This document shows positions 54,085 through 62,234 of a stretch of DNA of 62,234 bases, one piece after another. The translations under genes were made by a program, and so were the position numbers. The notes beneath the pieces are model-generated. The model saw only the letters and a list, made by a program, of their open reading frames with translations. It did not search any database and was not told the origin of the DNA. Each line of letters opens with the position of its first letter. Position 1 is the first letter of the stretch. The stretch comes from a virus (lineage: Duplodnaviria > Caudoviricetes): positions 1 through 62,234 of the IMG/VR virus record IMGVR_UViG_3300020044_009834; one strand, written 5' to 3'.

Positions 54085-54398
54085 AAATAGTACTAGCAAT
54101 TGCAACCACGTTGGCAATAAGTGTAGCTACATTAACTCACAAGCCTCAAGAAAAAAATAAAACTACGGACTCAATTGATTCGTTATTGGCTAGAAGCAAA
54201 TCTAATTTTGTTAAGGCTAACTCATCAATCAAAGTAGCTGAGAAAATGCAGAAGGAAAATTTTGAAACAATAAAAAATAAAATTGCTACGCTTGAATCAG
54301 AAAATAAATCATTAACCTTAAAATTAGAACACAATGAAGACACTATTATTCCTGTTGTTGACTCTGTTGAGCAGTTCGACCTTTTCCCAAGTAATTAG
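54081..54398 (+). CDS. signal-anchored coiled-coil protein (spanin-like)
   Basis: N-terminal hydrophobic segment plus coiled coil. Confidence 0.45.
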   Translation: MKIVLAIATTLAISVATLTHKPQEKNKTTDSIDSLLARSKSNFVKANSSIKVAEKMQKENFETIKNKIATLESENKSLTLKLEHNEDTIIPVVDSVEQFDLFPSN

Positions 54399-54642
54399 AA
54401 AAGTTGATGGTGAAAAGGTAGTGGTGTTTACCCTTGTGCAAGCAAAGGCAGTAAATGATACTTTTGTGTCACAGAAGAAAGAGATTGAAAGATTAAGAAA
54501 TATAAAACCAATTATAATAATAGATACAGTTCAAGTAGTACAAATAGTTGAAAAACAAACAGACCAATTAATGACAATAGAAGGAATTGTCTTTATGATA
54601 ATACAAGGAATAATAATGATACCCTTAATATTTTTTAAATAA
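54334..54642 (+). CDS. exported protein with C-terminal TM (lysis accessory)
   Basis: Signal peptide ending FSQ; C-terminal TM. Confidence 0.5.
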   Translation: MKTLLFLLLTLLSSSTFSQVIRKVDGEKVVVFTLVQAKAVNDTFVSQKKEIERLRNIKPIIIIDTVQVVQIVEKQTDQLMTIEGIVFMIIQGIIMIPLIFFK

Positions 54643-54643
54643 T

Positions 54644-54871
54644 ATGAAATTCTTAGAAGTAATTAAAGATGAAAAAGGTCAGTTCTCTTCTAAAAGAGTA
54701 GCCGGCTTACTATGCACAATAACATTATGCATCACTATGTACCACAATTCATTTAGCTTAGTAGAGGTTGCGCCATCAACAATTTTAGTTGAGTCAGTAG
54801 CTTTATTGGCATTTGGTTCATTGGGATTAACATCAGCAGAAAAATTTAAAAAGCAAATCAATGATAAGTAA
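54644..54871 (+). CDS. putative holin
   Basis: Two TMs, SSKR motif, charged tail; directly before the endolysin. Confidence 0.6.
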   Translation: MKFLEVIKDEKGQFSSKRVAGLLCTITLCITMYHNSFSLVEVAPSTILVESVALLAFGSLGLTSAEKFKKQINDK

Positions 54872-55268
54872 ACATATTAGTTTAGAAGAGGCTATTGAAA
54901 GTCCTACAGCATTAAGACTTGGTATTAAAAATATGCCAAATGAAGAAGAATTAGAAACAATGAAATACGTTGCAGAACATTTATTCGAACCAATTCGTGA
55001 GTGGTATGACAAGCCAATTCGTATAAACAGCTTCTACAGATGCCGAGAATTAAACAAGGCTGTCAAGGGGAGTTTAACCTCAGGTCATGTGCTAGGTGAT
55101 AGCATTGATATTACCGGTGGTAACAAGGTAGAAAACAAAAAAATATTTGATTTTATAAAAAATAGTGGCTTAGAATATAATCAGATAATCAACGAATATG
55201 ACTATACTTGGGTCCATATATCTTTAAAAAAGAGTGGAAATAAAAAACAAATATTAGTAATTAAATAA
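54861..55268 (+). CDS. endolysin, peptidase M15 family
   Basis: RINSFYRC..LN.AV.G...S.H..G..ID...WVHIS. Confidence 0.9.
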   Translation: MISKHISLEEAIESPTALRLGIKNMPNEEELETMKYVAEHLFEPIREWYDKPIRINSFYRCRELNKAVKGSLTSGHVLGDSIDITGGNKVENKKIFDFIKNSGLEYNQIINEYDYTWVHISLKKSGNKKQILVIK

Positions 55269-55342
55269 AAGGATAATAAGTCAATTGGGTTGGCGATGGT
55301 CGCAAAACCATTATGGCTTGTTCGATTCAAGCATTATCCTCT

Positions 55343-55795
55343 ATGAAAAAAATAATTTTATTATTATTGGTATTATCATCTTGCTCTGCTGAGTATCATT
55401 TGAGACAGGCAATTAAGAAGAACCCTAAGTTTGGAGACTCTACAACTATTATGGTTCCTTTTTACAAGGACACAAACATAGTGATAACAATTCTTGGCGA
55501 TACTTCAGACCAAACAGTAAAGTTTAAGGAGTGGTATAAGCAGGCTACGGACTCAATGACTATTTCATTCAACGATAGTTTTGTAGAAGTAAGTCAGATG
55601 ATAGATTCTTTAGGAAAGTTAAAGACTAAAGTAATAAGAAAACCATACCATGACACTATTCGAGTAACTATTCGTGAGACTAAATTTGTAAAAATTCCCG
55701 AAAGAATTACCGTTAAAGAAGAATCATTTCAATTAAAATGGTGGTGGGTATTAATATTTTGTGTAGGTTTATATATAGTATTAGATAAAAAATAG
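55343..55795 (+). CDS. lipoprotein with C-terminal TM (unimolecular spanin-like)
   Basis: MKKIILLLLVLSSC lipobox and C-terminal WWWVLIFCVGLYIV. Confidence 0.65.
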   Translation: MKKIILLLLVLSSCSAEYHLRQAIKKNPKFGDSTTIMVPFYKDTNIVITILGDTSDQTVKFKEWYKQATDSMTISFNDSFVEVSQMIDSLGKLKTKVIRKPYHDTIRVTIRETKFVKIPERITVKEESFQLKWWWVLIFCVGLYIVLDKK

Positions 55796-55796
55796 C

Positions 55797-56084
55797 ATGG
55801 AAAAATCACAGATGAAATGCAATAGCCCTGTGGCTTCAAACAGACCGGGCAAGAAGAAGATGGTAAAGGCTTGCTCAAATGGTGAGGAGAAATTGCTTCA
55901 TTTTGGTGCCAAGGGTTATGGAAATAATTATTCAGCAGCAGCAAGAAAAAGTTTTAAGGCAAGACATGACTGTGCCAATGCAAATGATAAATTAACTCCA
56001 AGGTATTGGGCTTGTAAGAACTTATGGGCAGGACCGGGAGGTTCAACAACACCAAATCCAAAAGGAAGAAAGGGGAAATACTAA
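55797..56084 (+). CDS. small basic phage protein
   Basis: HFG..G ... ARKSFKARHDC ... PRYWAC..LW. Confidence 0.75.
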   Translation: MEKSQMKCNSPVASNRPGKKKMVKACSNGEEKLLHFGAKGYGNNYSAAARKSFKARHDCANANDKLTPRYWACKNLWAGPGGSTTPNPKGRKGKY

Positions 56085-56296
56085 TGAAAGAAATGATTAA
56101 AAGAAAAGATGGCTCTGTTTCTCAGAGAGGACTTTGGGATAACATTAGAGCAGCAAAAGGTTCAGGAAAAAAACCGACAGCAGCTATGCTAAAGCAAGAG
56201 AAAAAAATAACTAGCGAGGCAAAAAAGTACGAATCTAAGAGTTCATTGAACGGAAAGATGAAGATGCTAAAAGGCAATGTTGGAAAAACTAAATAA
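56084..56296 (+). CDS. small basic phage protein
   Basis: MKEMIKRKDGS.SQRGLWDNIR; TAATG coupling. Confidence 0.7.
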   Translation: MKEMIKRKDGSVSQRGLWDNIRAAKGSGKKPTAAMLKQEKKITSEAKKYESKSSLNGKMKMLKGNVGKTK

Positions 56297-56350
56297 TATT
56301 TTTGTATTATTGCAGTCTATTATATATAATAACTTAAACAAATAAACAAA

Positions 56351-56524
56351 ATGGCAAAAATTAAAAGTACACCAAACTTACCGGCATCATCAAGAATGCA
56401 AATGCCTAGTGGTGGAGGCAACATGAAAGGTACCGGTAGCATGACAGGAAAAAAAGGCAACGCTACTAAAAAAGTAATGGCTATGGCTTCAAAAGGTAAA
56501 TCAATGTCTAAAAAAGCTTGTTAA
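56351..56524 (+). CDS. small Lys/Met/Gly-rich protein
   Basis: MAKIKSTPNLPASSRMQMPSGGG...KKAC*; A-rich leader; not in the track. Confidence 0.65.
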   Translation: MAKIKSTPNLPASSRMQMPSGGGNMKGTGSMTGKKGNATKKVMAMASKGKSMSKKAC

Positions 56525-56528
56525 GATT

Positions 56529-56669
56529 ATGGCAAAAAAATCAGCATTAATTGAAGAAACTCCGGAAGAAGTAACTATTGTAGAGTCAACTCCGGTAGAA
56601 GAAGTAACTGAGGTTACTGAAACAGAAAAACCTTACGAAGGTCACTACAGCAGAGATTTTCGTGCTTAA
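56529..56669 (+). CDS. small acidic protein
   Basis: MAKKSALIEETPEEV...EGHYSRDFRA*; followed by a terminator; not in the track. Confidence 0.65.
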   Translation: MAKKSALIEETPEEVTIVESTPVEEVTEVTETEKPYEGHYSRDFRA

Positions 56670-56672
56670 AAT

Positions 56673-56917
56673 TAAAGGAGTCTAATTTGGCTCCTTTTTT
56701 TTTACTAAAGACTATAAACCAAAAGAGGTCAGCTTGCGCTAACCTCTTCTATAGTATCCCCGAAGGTCTTACCTATAGGGTTTAGAGTATCAAAAGTCAC
56801 AAGTAGATGACTAGGAGAGACTCAAGGAGAAGTAGATACTTTCCTTACCGTTTTCCGGACAAGCCGGGTTTCGCTTACATATGGAACTGCTACTTTAGTA
56901 ACCATCTTGGCTTTCGT
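56673..56917 (-). ncRNA. candidate ~240-nt structured non-coding RNA
   Basis: TATATTTG box at 56924-31 (-); closing helix UUACUAAAG/CUUUAGUAA; several hairpins with UUCG and GCAA loops on the - strand; GC-richer than the flanks; no convincing ORF. Confidence 0.7.
56674..56703. terminator. bidirectional terminator
   Basis: AAAGGAGTC TAATT TGGCTCCTTT followed by a T run. Confidence 0.8.
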
Positions 56918-56979
56918 GCGGAGCAAATATAATATTTTTAAATAAAAAAATGTAAATAAAAACAATAAATAAATATTGT

Positions 56980-56987
56980 TATATTTG
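56980..56987 (+). promoter_or_regulatory. Bacteroidetes -7 box, divergent from the ncRNA promoter
   Basis: TATATTTG. Confidence 0.6.
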
Positions 56988-56996
56988 CAAAGAAAA

Positions 56997-57176
56997 ATGA
57001 AAATAACTTACCACGATAAGAGCAAAGGTTTGGGTGACACGATAGAAAAAATAACTACCGTGACAGGAATCAAGGCTGTGGTCGAAAAAGTTTCAGAGGT
57101 AACAGGTAAAGACTGCGGATGCAGTAAACGAAAAGAAAAATTAAACAACGCATTTCCATACAGACAAAACAATTAA
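56997..57176 (+). CDS. small protein with GLGDT...DCGC motif
   Basis: ATG start MKITYHD. Confidence 0.7.
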   Translation: MKITYHDKSKGLGDTIEKITTVTGIKAVVEKVSEVTGKDCGCSKRKEKLNNAFPYRQNN

Positions 57177-57180
57177 AATC

Positions 57181-57639
57181 ATGATGTTTCCAAAAAAAGG
57201 TATTAACCAACAAGCAAAAGAACTTTCAAAAACAAATAAAGGTCCTGTAGAAGAAGCAGGGTCATATGGTAGGGGTGCTAATAAAGTAGGACCTAGGTCT
57301 TATAAACGTGATTTACCTGTATCATCTGTAAAAGAAAATGGTTCAAAAAGTATTGTAAAAGGAACTACTTCTTATAATTCAGAAGGAGGATATTATAGTG
57401 ATTCTAAAAGTCCGGGAGTAAATAGAACTCCTGAAAAAGGTCAAAGCAATAAAACTGTAAGAACTTATGAAGGAGGTAAACTTCGTAGCGTAGAAAAACA
57501 AGGTACAGATATTTTAGGAAGACCTAAAAGTAAAGTAAAAACTTATGGTGATGATTCTAAAGTATATAAAGAAAAGAAAACTTTAGTTGGTGGAAAAATC
57601 AAAAACAGAGATTATCCATTAGCTGAATCTAATTTTTAA
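57181..57639 (+). CDS. basic low-complexity protein
   Basis: 152 aa; RSYKRDLPV and KNRDYPL echo. Confidence 0.6.
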   Translation: MMFPKKGINQQAKELSKTNKGPVEEAGSYGRGANKVGPRSYKRDLPVSSVKENGSKSIVKGTTSYNSEGGYYSDSKSPGVNRTPEKGQSNKTVRTYEGGKLRSVEKQGTDILGRPKSKVKTYGDDSKVYKEKKTLVGGKIKNRDYPLAESNF

Positions 57640-57658
57640 ATAAATAAAAAATAAAGAT

Positions 57659-58147
57659 ATGTCAAATCAGATACTTCAAGCAGGTAGAGCCTTAGCAGTA
57701 ATACCTTCAGATAACGCAAGAATACCTTATCCACAAGTAGTGGTTTCAGGTTCAAACGAAGACCCTGCAACTAACTTATTAGTTGACCCTAATACAAATG
57801 ATTTTACAACAAGTGGTGTTGCTACAGGTGATGTTGTATACAATATAACAGCGCAATTAGCAGCTACAGTTGTTAGAGTAATAGATGCATTTACAATAGA
57901 GTTAAATGCAAATATTTTTACAACTATAGGTGATGAATATATTATATACCAACAATCACCTCAAACAGGAGGTGGAAACCAAGGATGTGTATTGTATGTA
58001 GGTGGAACAGGAGATTTAGAAGTAGTAACAACAGGTTTTGATGATGTTACTTTTTTTGGAATAATTGGAGGTTCATTTATACCTGTTCATGTTGTACAAG
58101 TAAAATCAACACTTACTTCAGCAACAAATATTATAGCCCTTTGGTAA
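57659..58147 (+). CDS. probable virion structural protein
   Basis: A.AVIPSD...LYVGGTGDL.V...FIPV.V..V....T.AT.IIALW with an inserted module. Confidence 0.6.
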   Translation: MSNQILQAGRALAVIPSDNARIPYPQVVVSGSNEDPATNLLVDPNTNDFTTSGVATGDVVYNITAQLAATVVRVIDAFTIELNANIFTTIGDEYIIYQQSPQTGGGNQGCVLYVGGTGDLEVVTTGFDDVTFFGIIGGSFIPVHVVQVKSTLTSATNIIALW

Positions 58148-58148
58148 G

Positions 58149-58370
58149 ATGCAAGGACTGATAATAGCAATTTGTAATGCGATAGGAGGAAGTTCAGGAG
58201 GGGCGGTTATTCCAACTGCACCTTTTGTATGGGGTACTGCTACGGTTAAAAATTGGGGGCAATCTACAACTCAGTTATGGGGAATAGGACCTCCGGGATT
58301 TAATTTAAGAAATACAGACAATGGTACTACAAGAATTGTTGATAATGGTGTTACAAGAATAATAGATTAA
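58149..58370 (+). CDS. hypothetical protein
   Basis: WG repeats and DNG.TRI repeats. Confidence 0.6.
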   Translation: MQGLIIAICNAIGGSSGGAVIPTAPFVWGTATVKNWGQSTTQLWGIGPPGFNLRNTDNGTTRIVDNGVTRIID

Positions 58371-58374
58371 AATT

Positions 58375-59280
58375 ATGGCATATAAAATAATTGATTTACC
58401 GGCAGTCGGTAGAAACATGATAGGAACAGATTTATTTGAACTATCATTAGCAGGAGGAACAGGAAGTAGAAAAATTACCGGTGCAGAAATAGCAGCAGGA
58501 GTAGGTGCAGTTACTTCTGTAACAGCTACAGGTCCTATTCTTTCTTCAGGAGGTCTTACACCTATTATTAGCATACCACAAGCTACTATTTCTGTAAGTG
58601 GATATTTATCTGCATTAGATTTTATTACATTTAATAATAAACAAAATGCACTTACTTTTGGAAATTTAACAGAAACAATAAGTTCTGTTTTAACTATAAC
58701 AGGTGGAACAGGTGCTGTAATAGGTTCAGGTGCATCAATACAAATAAAACAATCAGGTACAGCGCAAAGTGGATACTTATCTTCAACAGATTGGAATACA
58801 TTTAATAATAAAAAATCTACTTACATGATGGTAGGTATGTTTACTAATCTATTTGGTGGAGACCCCGGAGGGATAGGTAAAGATATTTTAGAATGGAGTG
58901 GAGTTGCTACACCTGCTGCAAGTCACGCATCAGCATTACCTATACTTCAAAACTGTAAAATTACAGCTGCCGGATTTAAATGGATTAGTTCAACTCCTGT
59001 TCCTGTAATTGGTGTTGGAGATAGTTGGAATGTTCAAGTATTTAAAATGACAAATCCATTAACAGGTTCTACGACAGCTGATGGTAATTTTACTCTTGTT
59101 GGAAATTTAAATATAACTTTAGATTCTACAAGTTCAGGAACTACTCCCGGAATATTTTCATCAGGTTTAGCTTTAACTTTAAATGCAGGAGATATTATAA
59201 GAATCGCAGGTGTTGAAACAGGAGTAATTGCAACAGGTACAGAAGAAGCACAATTAACAGTATTATTTGAGGTAATTTAA
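58375..59280 (+). CDS. tail fibre-like protein
   Basis: KIIDLP start, VTSVTAT.P, two SGYLS..D...FNNK repeats. Confidence 0.7.
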   Translation: MAYKIIDLPAVGRNMIGTDLFELSLAGGTGSRKITGAEIAAGVGAVTSVTATGPILSSGGLTPIISIPQATISVSGYLSALDFITFNNKQNALTFGNLTETISSVLTITGGTGAVIGSGASIQIKQSGTAQSGYLSSTDWNTFNNKKSTYMMVGMFTNLFGGDPGGIGKDILEWSGVATPAASHASALPILQNCKITAAGFKWISSTPVPVIGVGDSWNVQVFKMTNPLTGSTTADGNFTLVGNLNITLDSTSSGTTPGIFSSGLALTLNAGDIIRIAGVETGVIATGTEEAQLTVLFEVI

Positions 59281-59288
59281 TAAAAAAA

Positions 59289-60008
59289 ATGGCAAATTTA
59301 TATAATCAAAACATTGGTTTAAATTACCAAGGAATGTTAAACTTGGGAGGAACAATAAATACTCCATTAACTTCAGGTCTACAATATGTAACAGATGGAA
59401 TGGGAAATAATAGCCTTCTTTTATTAGGTTTATCTCAGGTTGTTATTGAGTCTAATACAGCTGCTCAACCTTTTGCAGTAAAAGCAAAACAACCAAGTGC
59501 AGGAGGAATAGATATATTTGGACTTACAAATGTTGCTACTGAATATGAGTTTATAAGATTCAGAGATTTTGCAGGAAATTTATTGTCACAGATTTATCAG
59601 TATAACAACTTACTTACTTTAAAAGTAGGTTCAGTTGAAATAATGAAATTAAATTCCACTCAGGTAACAATAAGTGGAGGACTTATCTATACAACTTTAA
59701 CAAATACACCAATAGTAGCAGCAGGAGCGGTTACATTTAACTGTGCTTTAGCAGATATATTTGCAACTACATTAGTTACAGGAACACCTACAGCAATTAC
59801 AATGAGTAATGCAAGAGCAGGTTCGTTTGTAGTAAGATTACAACAACCGGCAGGTGGTAGTGCAACAGTAACATGGGCAACAACCATTGTATGGGCAGGA
59901 GGAACAGCACCTACTTTAACAACAACAGCTAATTATAGTGATATTATCACATTAATATATGATGGCACAACTTGGAGAGGTACAGCAACACTTAATTTTG
60001 CATCATAA
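59289..60008 (+). CDS. tail fibre-like protein
   Basis: C-terminal Q...G..TVTW....W.GGTAPTLT...DII...YDGT. Confidence 0.65.
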   Translation: MANLYNQNIGLNYQGMLNLGGTINTPLTSGLQYVTDGMGNNSLLLLGLSQVVIESNTAAQPFAVKAKQPSAGGIDIFGLTNVATEYEFIRFRDFAGNLLSQIYQYNNLLTLKVGSVEIMKLNSTQVTISGGLIYTTLTNTPIVAAGAVTFNCALADIFATTLVTGTPTAITMSNARAGSFVVRLQQPAGGSATVTWATTIVWAGGTAPTLTTTANYSDIITLIYDGTTWRGTATLNFAS

Positions 60009-61876
60009 TGAGAGTACCATTTGGACTATTTAAACCTACATCATCTGTTCCTGTAGCACTTCCATTTATTTCAACTTGGAGAACAACAGCACCAAGTCAA
60101 AGTATAACATTGCCTTACAATGTATCAGGAACTTATAGTGGAACAATTAATTGGGGTGATGGGAATACAAGTGTAAATAGTTATGCTAATAGAACGCATA
60201 CTTATGCAACAGCAGCAGATTATATAGTTACTATAACAGGCACTACAACAGGATGGGAATTTGGCGGTTCAGTTGATGCGCCTAAAATACGTTCAGTTAG
60301 TCAATGGGGTACTTTAAAAATATCAAATACATCAAATCAATTTCGAGGTTGTACTAGTTTAATATTATCTTCAGTATCTGATGTTTTGGATTTAACAGGA
60401 ATAACAAATTTAAGTCGTTGTTTTGCAGGTTGCAGTAGTCTTACTTCAATTAATAATATAAATTCATGGAATACAAGTAATATTACTAATATGACTTATA
60501 TGTTTTGGGATGCATTTAATTTTAATCAACTATTATCATTTAATACAGCAAATGTTACAAATATGTCTAATATGTTTTTAAATTGTAGTGCATTTAATCA
60601 AGCAATGTCATTTAATACAGGAAGTGTTACTAATATGGAAGGTATGTTTCAAAGTTGTAATACTTTTAATAGTATAGTAACATTTAATACAGCAAATGTT
60701 ACAAATATGACTCAAATGTTTTATGGTTGTGCTGCATTTAATAAAGCAATATCATTTAATACTAATAATGTAACAACTATGTCAGGTATGTTTCAAGGTT
60801 GTACTGTATTTAATAGTACAGTAACATTTACTGATACTATTAATGTTATTTCTATGCCATCTATATTTCAAAGTTGTAGTGCATTCAATCAACCATTATC
60901 ATTTAATACACAAAATGTTGTTAATATGAATAGTATGTTTTTTGGTTGTACTGTATATAATCAAGCAATATCATTTAATACAGGAAGTGTAACAACTATG
61001 CAATATATGTTTTATAATTGTATTGCATTTAATAGTACAATATCATTTACCAATACTAGTCTTGTTACAAATATGAGTGATATGTTTCATAATTGTACTG
61101 TATTTAATCAAACCATACCATTCAATACAGTTAGTGTAACAACTATGAATTCTATGTTTTGGGGATGTACTGCATATAATCAATCCATATCATTTAATAC
61201 GGCAAATGTTACAAATATGTCTTATATGTTTAGAGATTGTGTTAATTTTAATCAACCTCTTACTTTTGACACAAGTAAAGTAACTGCATTTGGCTTAATG
61301 TTTTGGAATTGTACTTCATTTAATCAAAATATTAATTTTAATACAGCATTATGTACAAGTGTTTCAAGTATGTTCTATAATTGTATTAATTTTAATGGAA
61401 CATTTGGTTCTAATTTTACCTGTTCTAATGTTACAGATATGAATAATATGTTTGATTCTTGTACTATTTTTAATCAACCTCTTACATATTTTAATACAGG
61501 AAATGTAACTACTTTTGTAAGAATGTTTTTAAATAGTACTTCTTTTAATCAACCTCTTACTTTTAACACAAGTAAAGCAACAACAATGTTTGGAATGTTT
61601 CAAGGTGCAACTGCATTTAATCAAGATATAAGTGCTTGGGATATTTCAAAAGTTCAAAACTTTGCAAATTTTATGTTAGGCAAAAGTGCAGCAAATTATA
61701 ATGCAGCGTATTTAGATAATATATATAATTCATGGAGTACACAACCTGTTCAAGTTGTTCAATTTAATACTCCTCTTAATTTTGGAACAATAAAATATAC
61801 AGTAGCAGGTTCAGCAGGAAAAGCAGTTTTAACATCTCCTCCGATTAGTTGGGGAATAACTGATGGAGGAATATAA
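60008..61876 (+). CDS. BspA/DUF285-type repeat surface protein with PKD-like N-terminal domain
   Basis: INWGDG...HTY; many FNT.NVT.M..MF..C..FNQ repeats. Confidence 0.88.
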   Translation: MRVPFGLFKPTSSVPVALPFISTWRTTAPSQSITLPYNVSGTYSGTINWGDGNTSVNSYANRTHTYATAADYIVTITGTTTGWEFGGSVDAPKIRSVSQWGTLKISNTSNQFRGCTSLILSSVSDVLDLTGITNLSRCFAGCSSLTSINNINSWNTSNITNMTYMFWDAFNFNQLLSFNTANVTNMSNMFLNCSAFNQAMSFNTGSVTNMEGMFQSCNTFNSIVTFNTANVTNMTQMFYGCAAFNKAISFNTNNVTTMSGMFQGCTVFNSTVTFTDTINVISMPSIFQSCSAFNQPLSFNTQNVVNMNSMFFGCTVYNQAISFNTGSVTTMQYMFYNCIAFNSTISFTNTSLVTNMSDMFHNCTVFNQTIPFNTVSVTTMNSMFWGCTAYNQSISFNTANVTNMSYMFRDCVNFNQPLTFDTSKVTAFGLMFWNCTSFNQNINFNTALCTSVSSMFYNCINFNGTFGSNFTCSNVTDMNNMFDSCTIFNQPLTYFNTGNVTTFVRMFLNSTSFNQPLTFNTSKATTMFGMFQGATAFNQDISAWDISKVQNFANFMLGKSAANYNAAYLDNIYNSWSTQPVQVVQFNTPLNFGTIKYTVAGSAGKAVLTSPPISWGITDGGI

Positions 61877-61878
61877 TA

Positions 61879-62013
61879 ATGGCAAAACTAAAAATATCTG
61901 AAAGTACAGGCTATATGCAGAAACCTAAAAGAAGAGGTTCAGCAGCTAAAAGTAAAACTAGTTCTAATAAAGGAAGTAAGTTATATAAAAAACCCTATAA
62001 AGGTCAAGGATAG
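61879..62013 (+). CDS. small basic protein ending YKKPYKGQG
   Basis: MAKLKISESTGYMQKPKRRGSAAKSKTSSNKGSKLYKKPYKGQG*; not in the track. Confidence 0.65.
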   Translation: MAKLKISESTGYMQKPKRRGSAAKSKTSSNKGSKLYKKPYKGQG

Positions 62014-62034
62014 AAAAGAAGTAAAATAAATTAT

Positions 62035-62042
62035 TATATTTG
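62035..62042 (+). promoter_or_regulatory. Bacteroidetes -7 box
   Basis: TATATTTG. Confidence 0.6.
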
Positions 62043-62065
62043 TAGAATAAATCAAACAAAATCAA

Positions 62066-62234
62066 ATGGAATTATCAAGAAAATTAACAGAAGAAGAATT
62101 AGTTAAGGTACAGGAAATGACCAATGAGTTTAACAAGTTAAAGTTAGCCATTGGAGACATTGAATTAAACAAGCAAAGTTTGTTTAAACTTATTGATACT
62201 TTAAAAGAAGATTTTGCATCACACGAGAAAACCT
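62066..62234 (+). CDS. 3'-truncated coiled-coil protein
   Basis: MELSRKLTEEELVKVQEMTNEFNKLKLAIGDIE..., open to the window end. Confidence 0.7.
   Translation, partial: MELSRKLTEEELVKVQEMTNEFNKLKLAIGDIELNKQSLFKLIDTLKEDFASHEKT

Noticed and set aside
56795-56840. AAGTAGAT twice, as a Cas12a-like repeat or mini CRISPR array
   Set aside because: Only 8 nt shared; no full repeat, spacer periodicity or cas genes.
56835-56876. GAAACCCGGCUUG and AAGGAAAGU resemble RNase P CR-V and CR-I
   Set aside because: Order is reversed, the P4 pairing cannot form beyond ~4 bp, and each segment has a better local hairpin.
1406-59887. Many antisense or off-frame ORFs in the track (e.g. 6092..6382, 27914..28324, 40573..41040, 51333..51782)
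   Set aside because: Shadows of well-supported genes, with no leaders or recognisable motifs.
60008-61876. Diversity-generating retroelement target
   Set aside because: No reverse transcriptase in the window and no adenine-specific TR/VR pair; the repeats are ordinary coding repeats.
1-62234. Stop-codon reassignment as in some crAss-like phages
   Set aside because: Long genes are intact in the standard code, TAA, TAG and TGA all end genes, and no suppressor tRNA was seen.
1-62234. Prophage or temperate lifestyle
   Set aside because: No integrase, CI-like repressor, ParA or host flanking genes were recognised; the unseen gap is a caveat.

Overview
Nearly complete, circularly permuted genome of an AT-rich tailed phage. 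Bacteroidetes-type TAnnTTTG promoters and A-rich, SD-less start regions point to a Bacteroidetes (Flavobacteria-like) host, and the virion module is podovirus/crAss-like. No integrase, DNA polymerase or RNA polymerase was recognised. Layout: + strand 1-31.7 kb carries packaging, head, tail and ejection genes, ending in a 3307-aa polyvalent protein. The - strand 49.1->31.8 kb carries early genes and replication genes (primase-helicase, SF2 helicase, Sak-like annealase, RecE-like nuclease, three stand-alone DnaA domain IV proteins, amidoligase and GATase-GGCT). A repeat-rich non-coding stretch at 49.2-49.85 kb is probably the genome end. The + strand 49.9-62.2 kb carries GroEL/GroES, lysis and receptor-binding genes. 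The main unexplained signal is non-coding. The spacers between early genes are modular cassettes: stop codon, then a GTGTC-N6-GACAC palindrome, then an RNA-processing element, then an A-rich start region. The processing slot holds, interchangeably, two type III hammerhead ribozymes, six tRNA mimics lacking a canonical anticodon arm, or a long hairpin. The same palindrome occurs 13 times genome-wide, including inside four genes. Other finds: a ~240-nt structured ncRNA with its own promoter and terminator, a 45-aa gene nested out of frame in the giant gene, a probable slippage product of that gene, and two homologous ori-like elements. All calls were made by eye; no searches were run.
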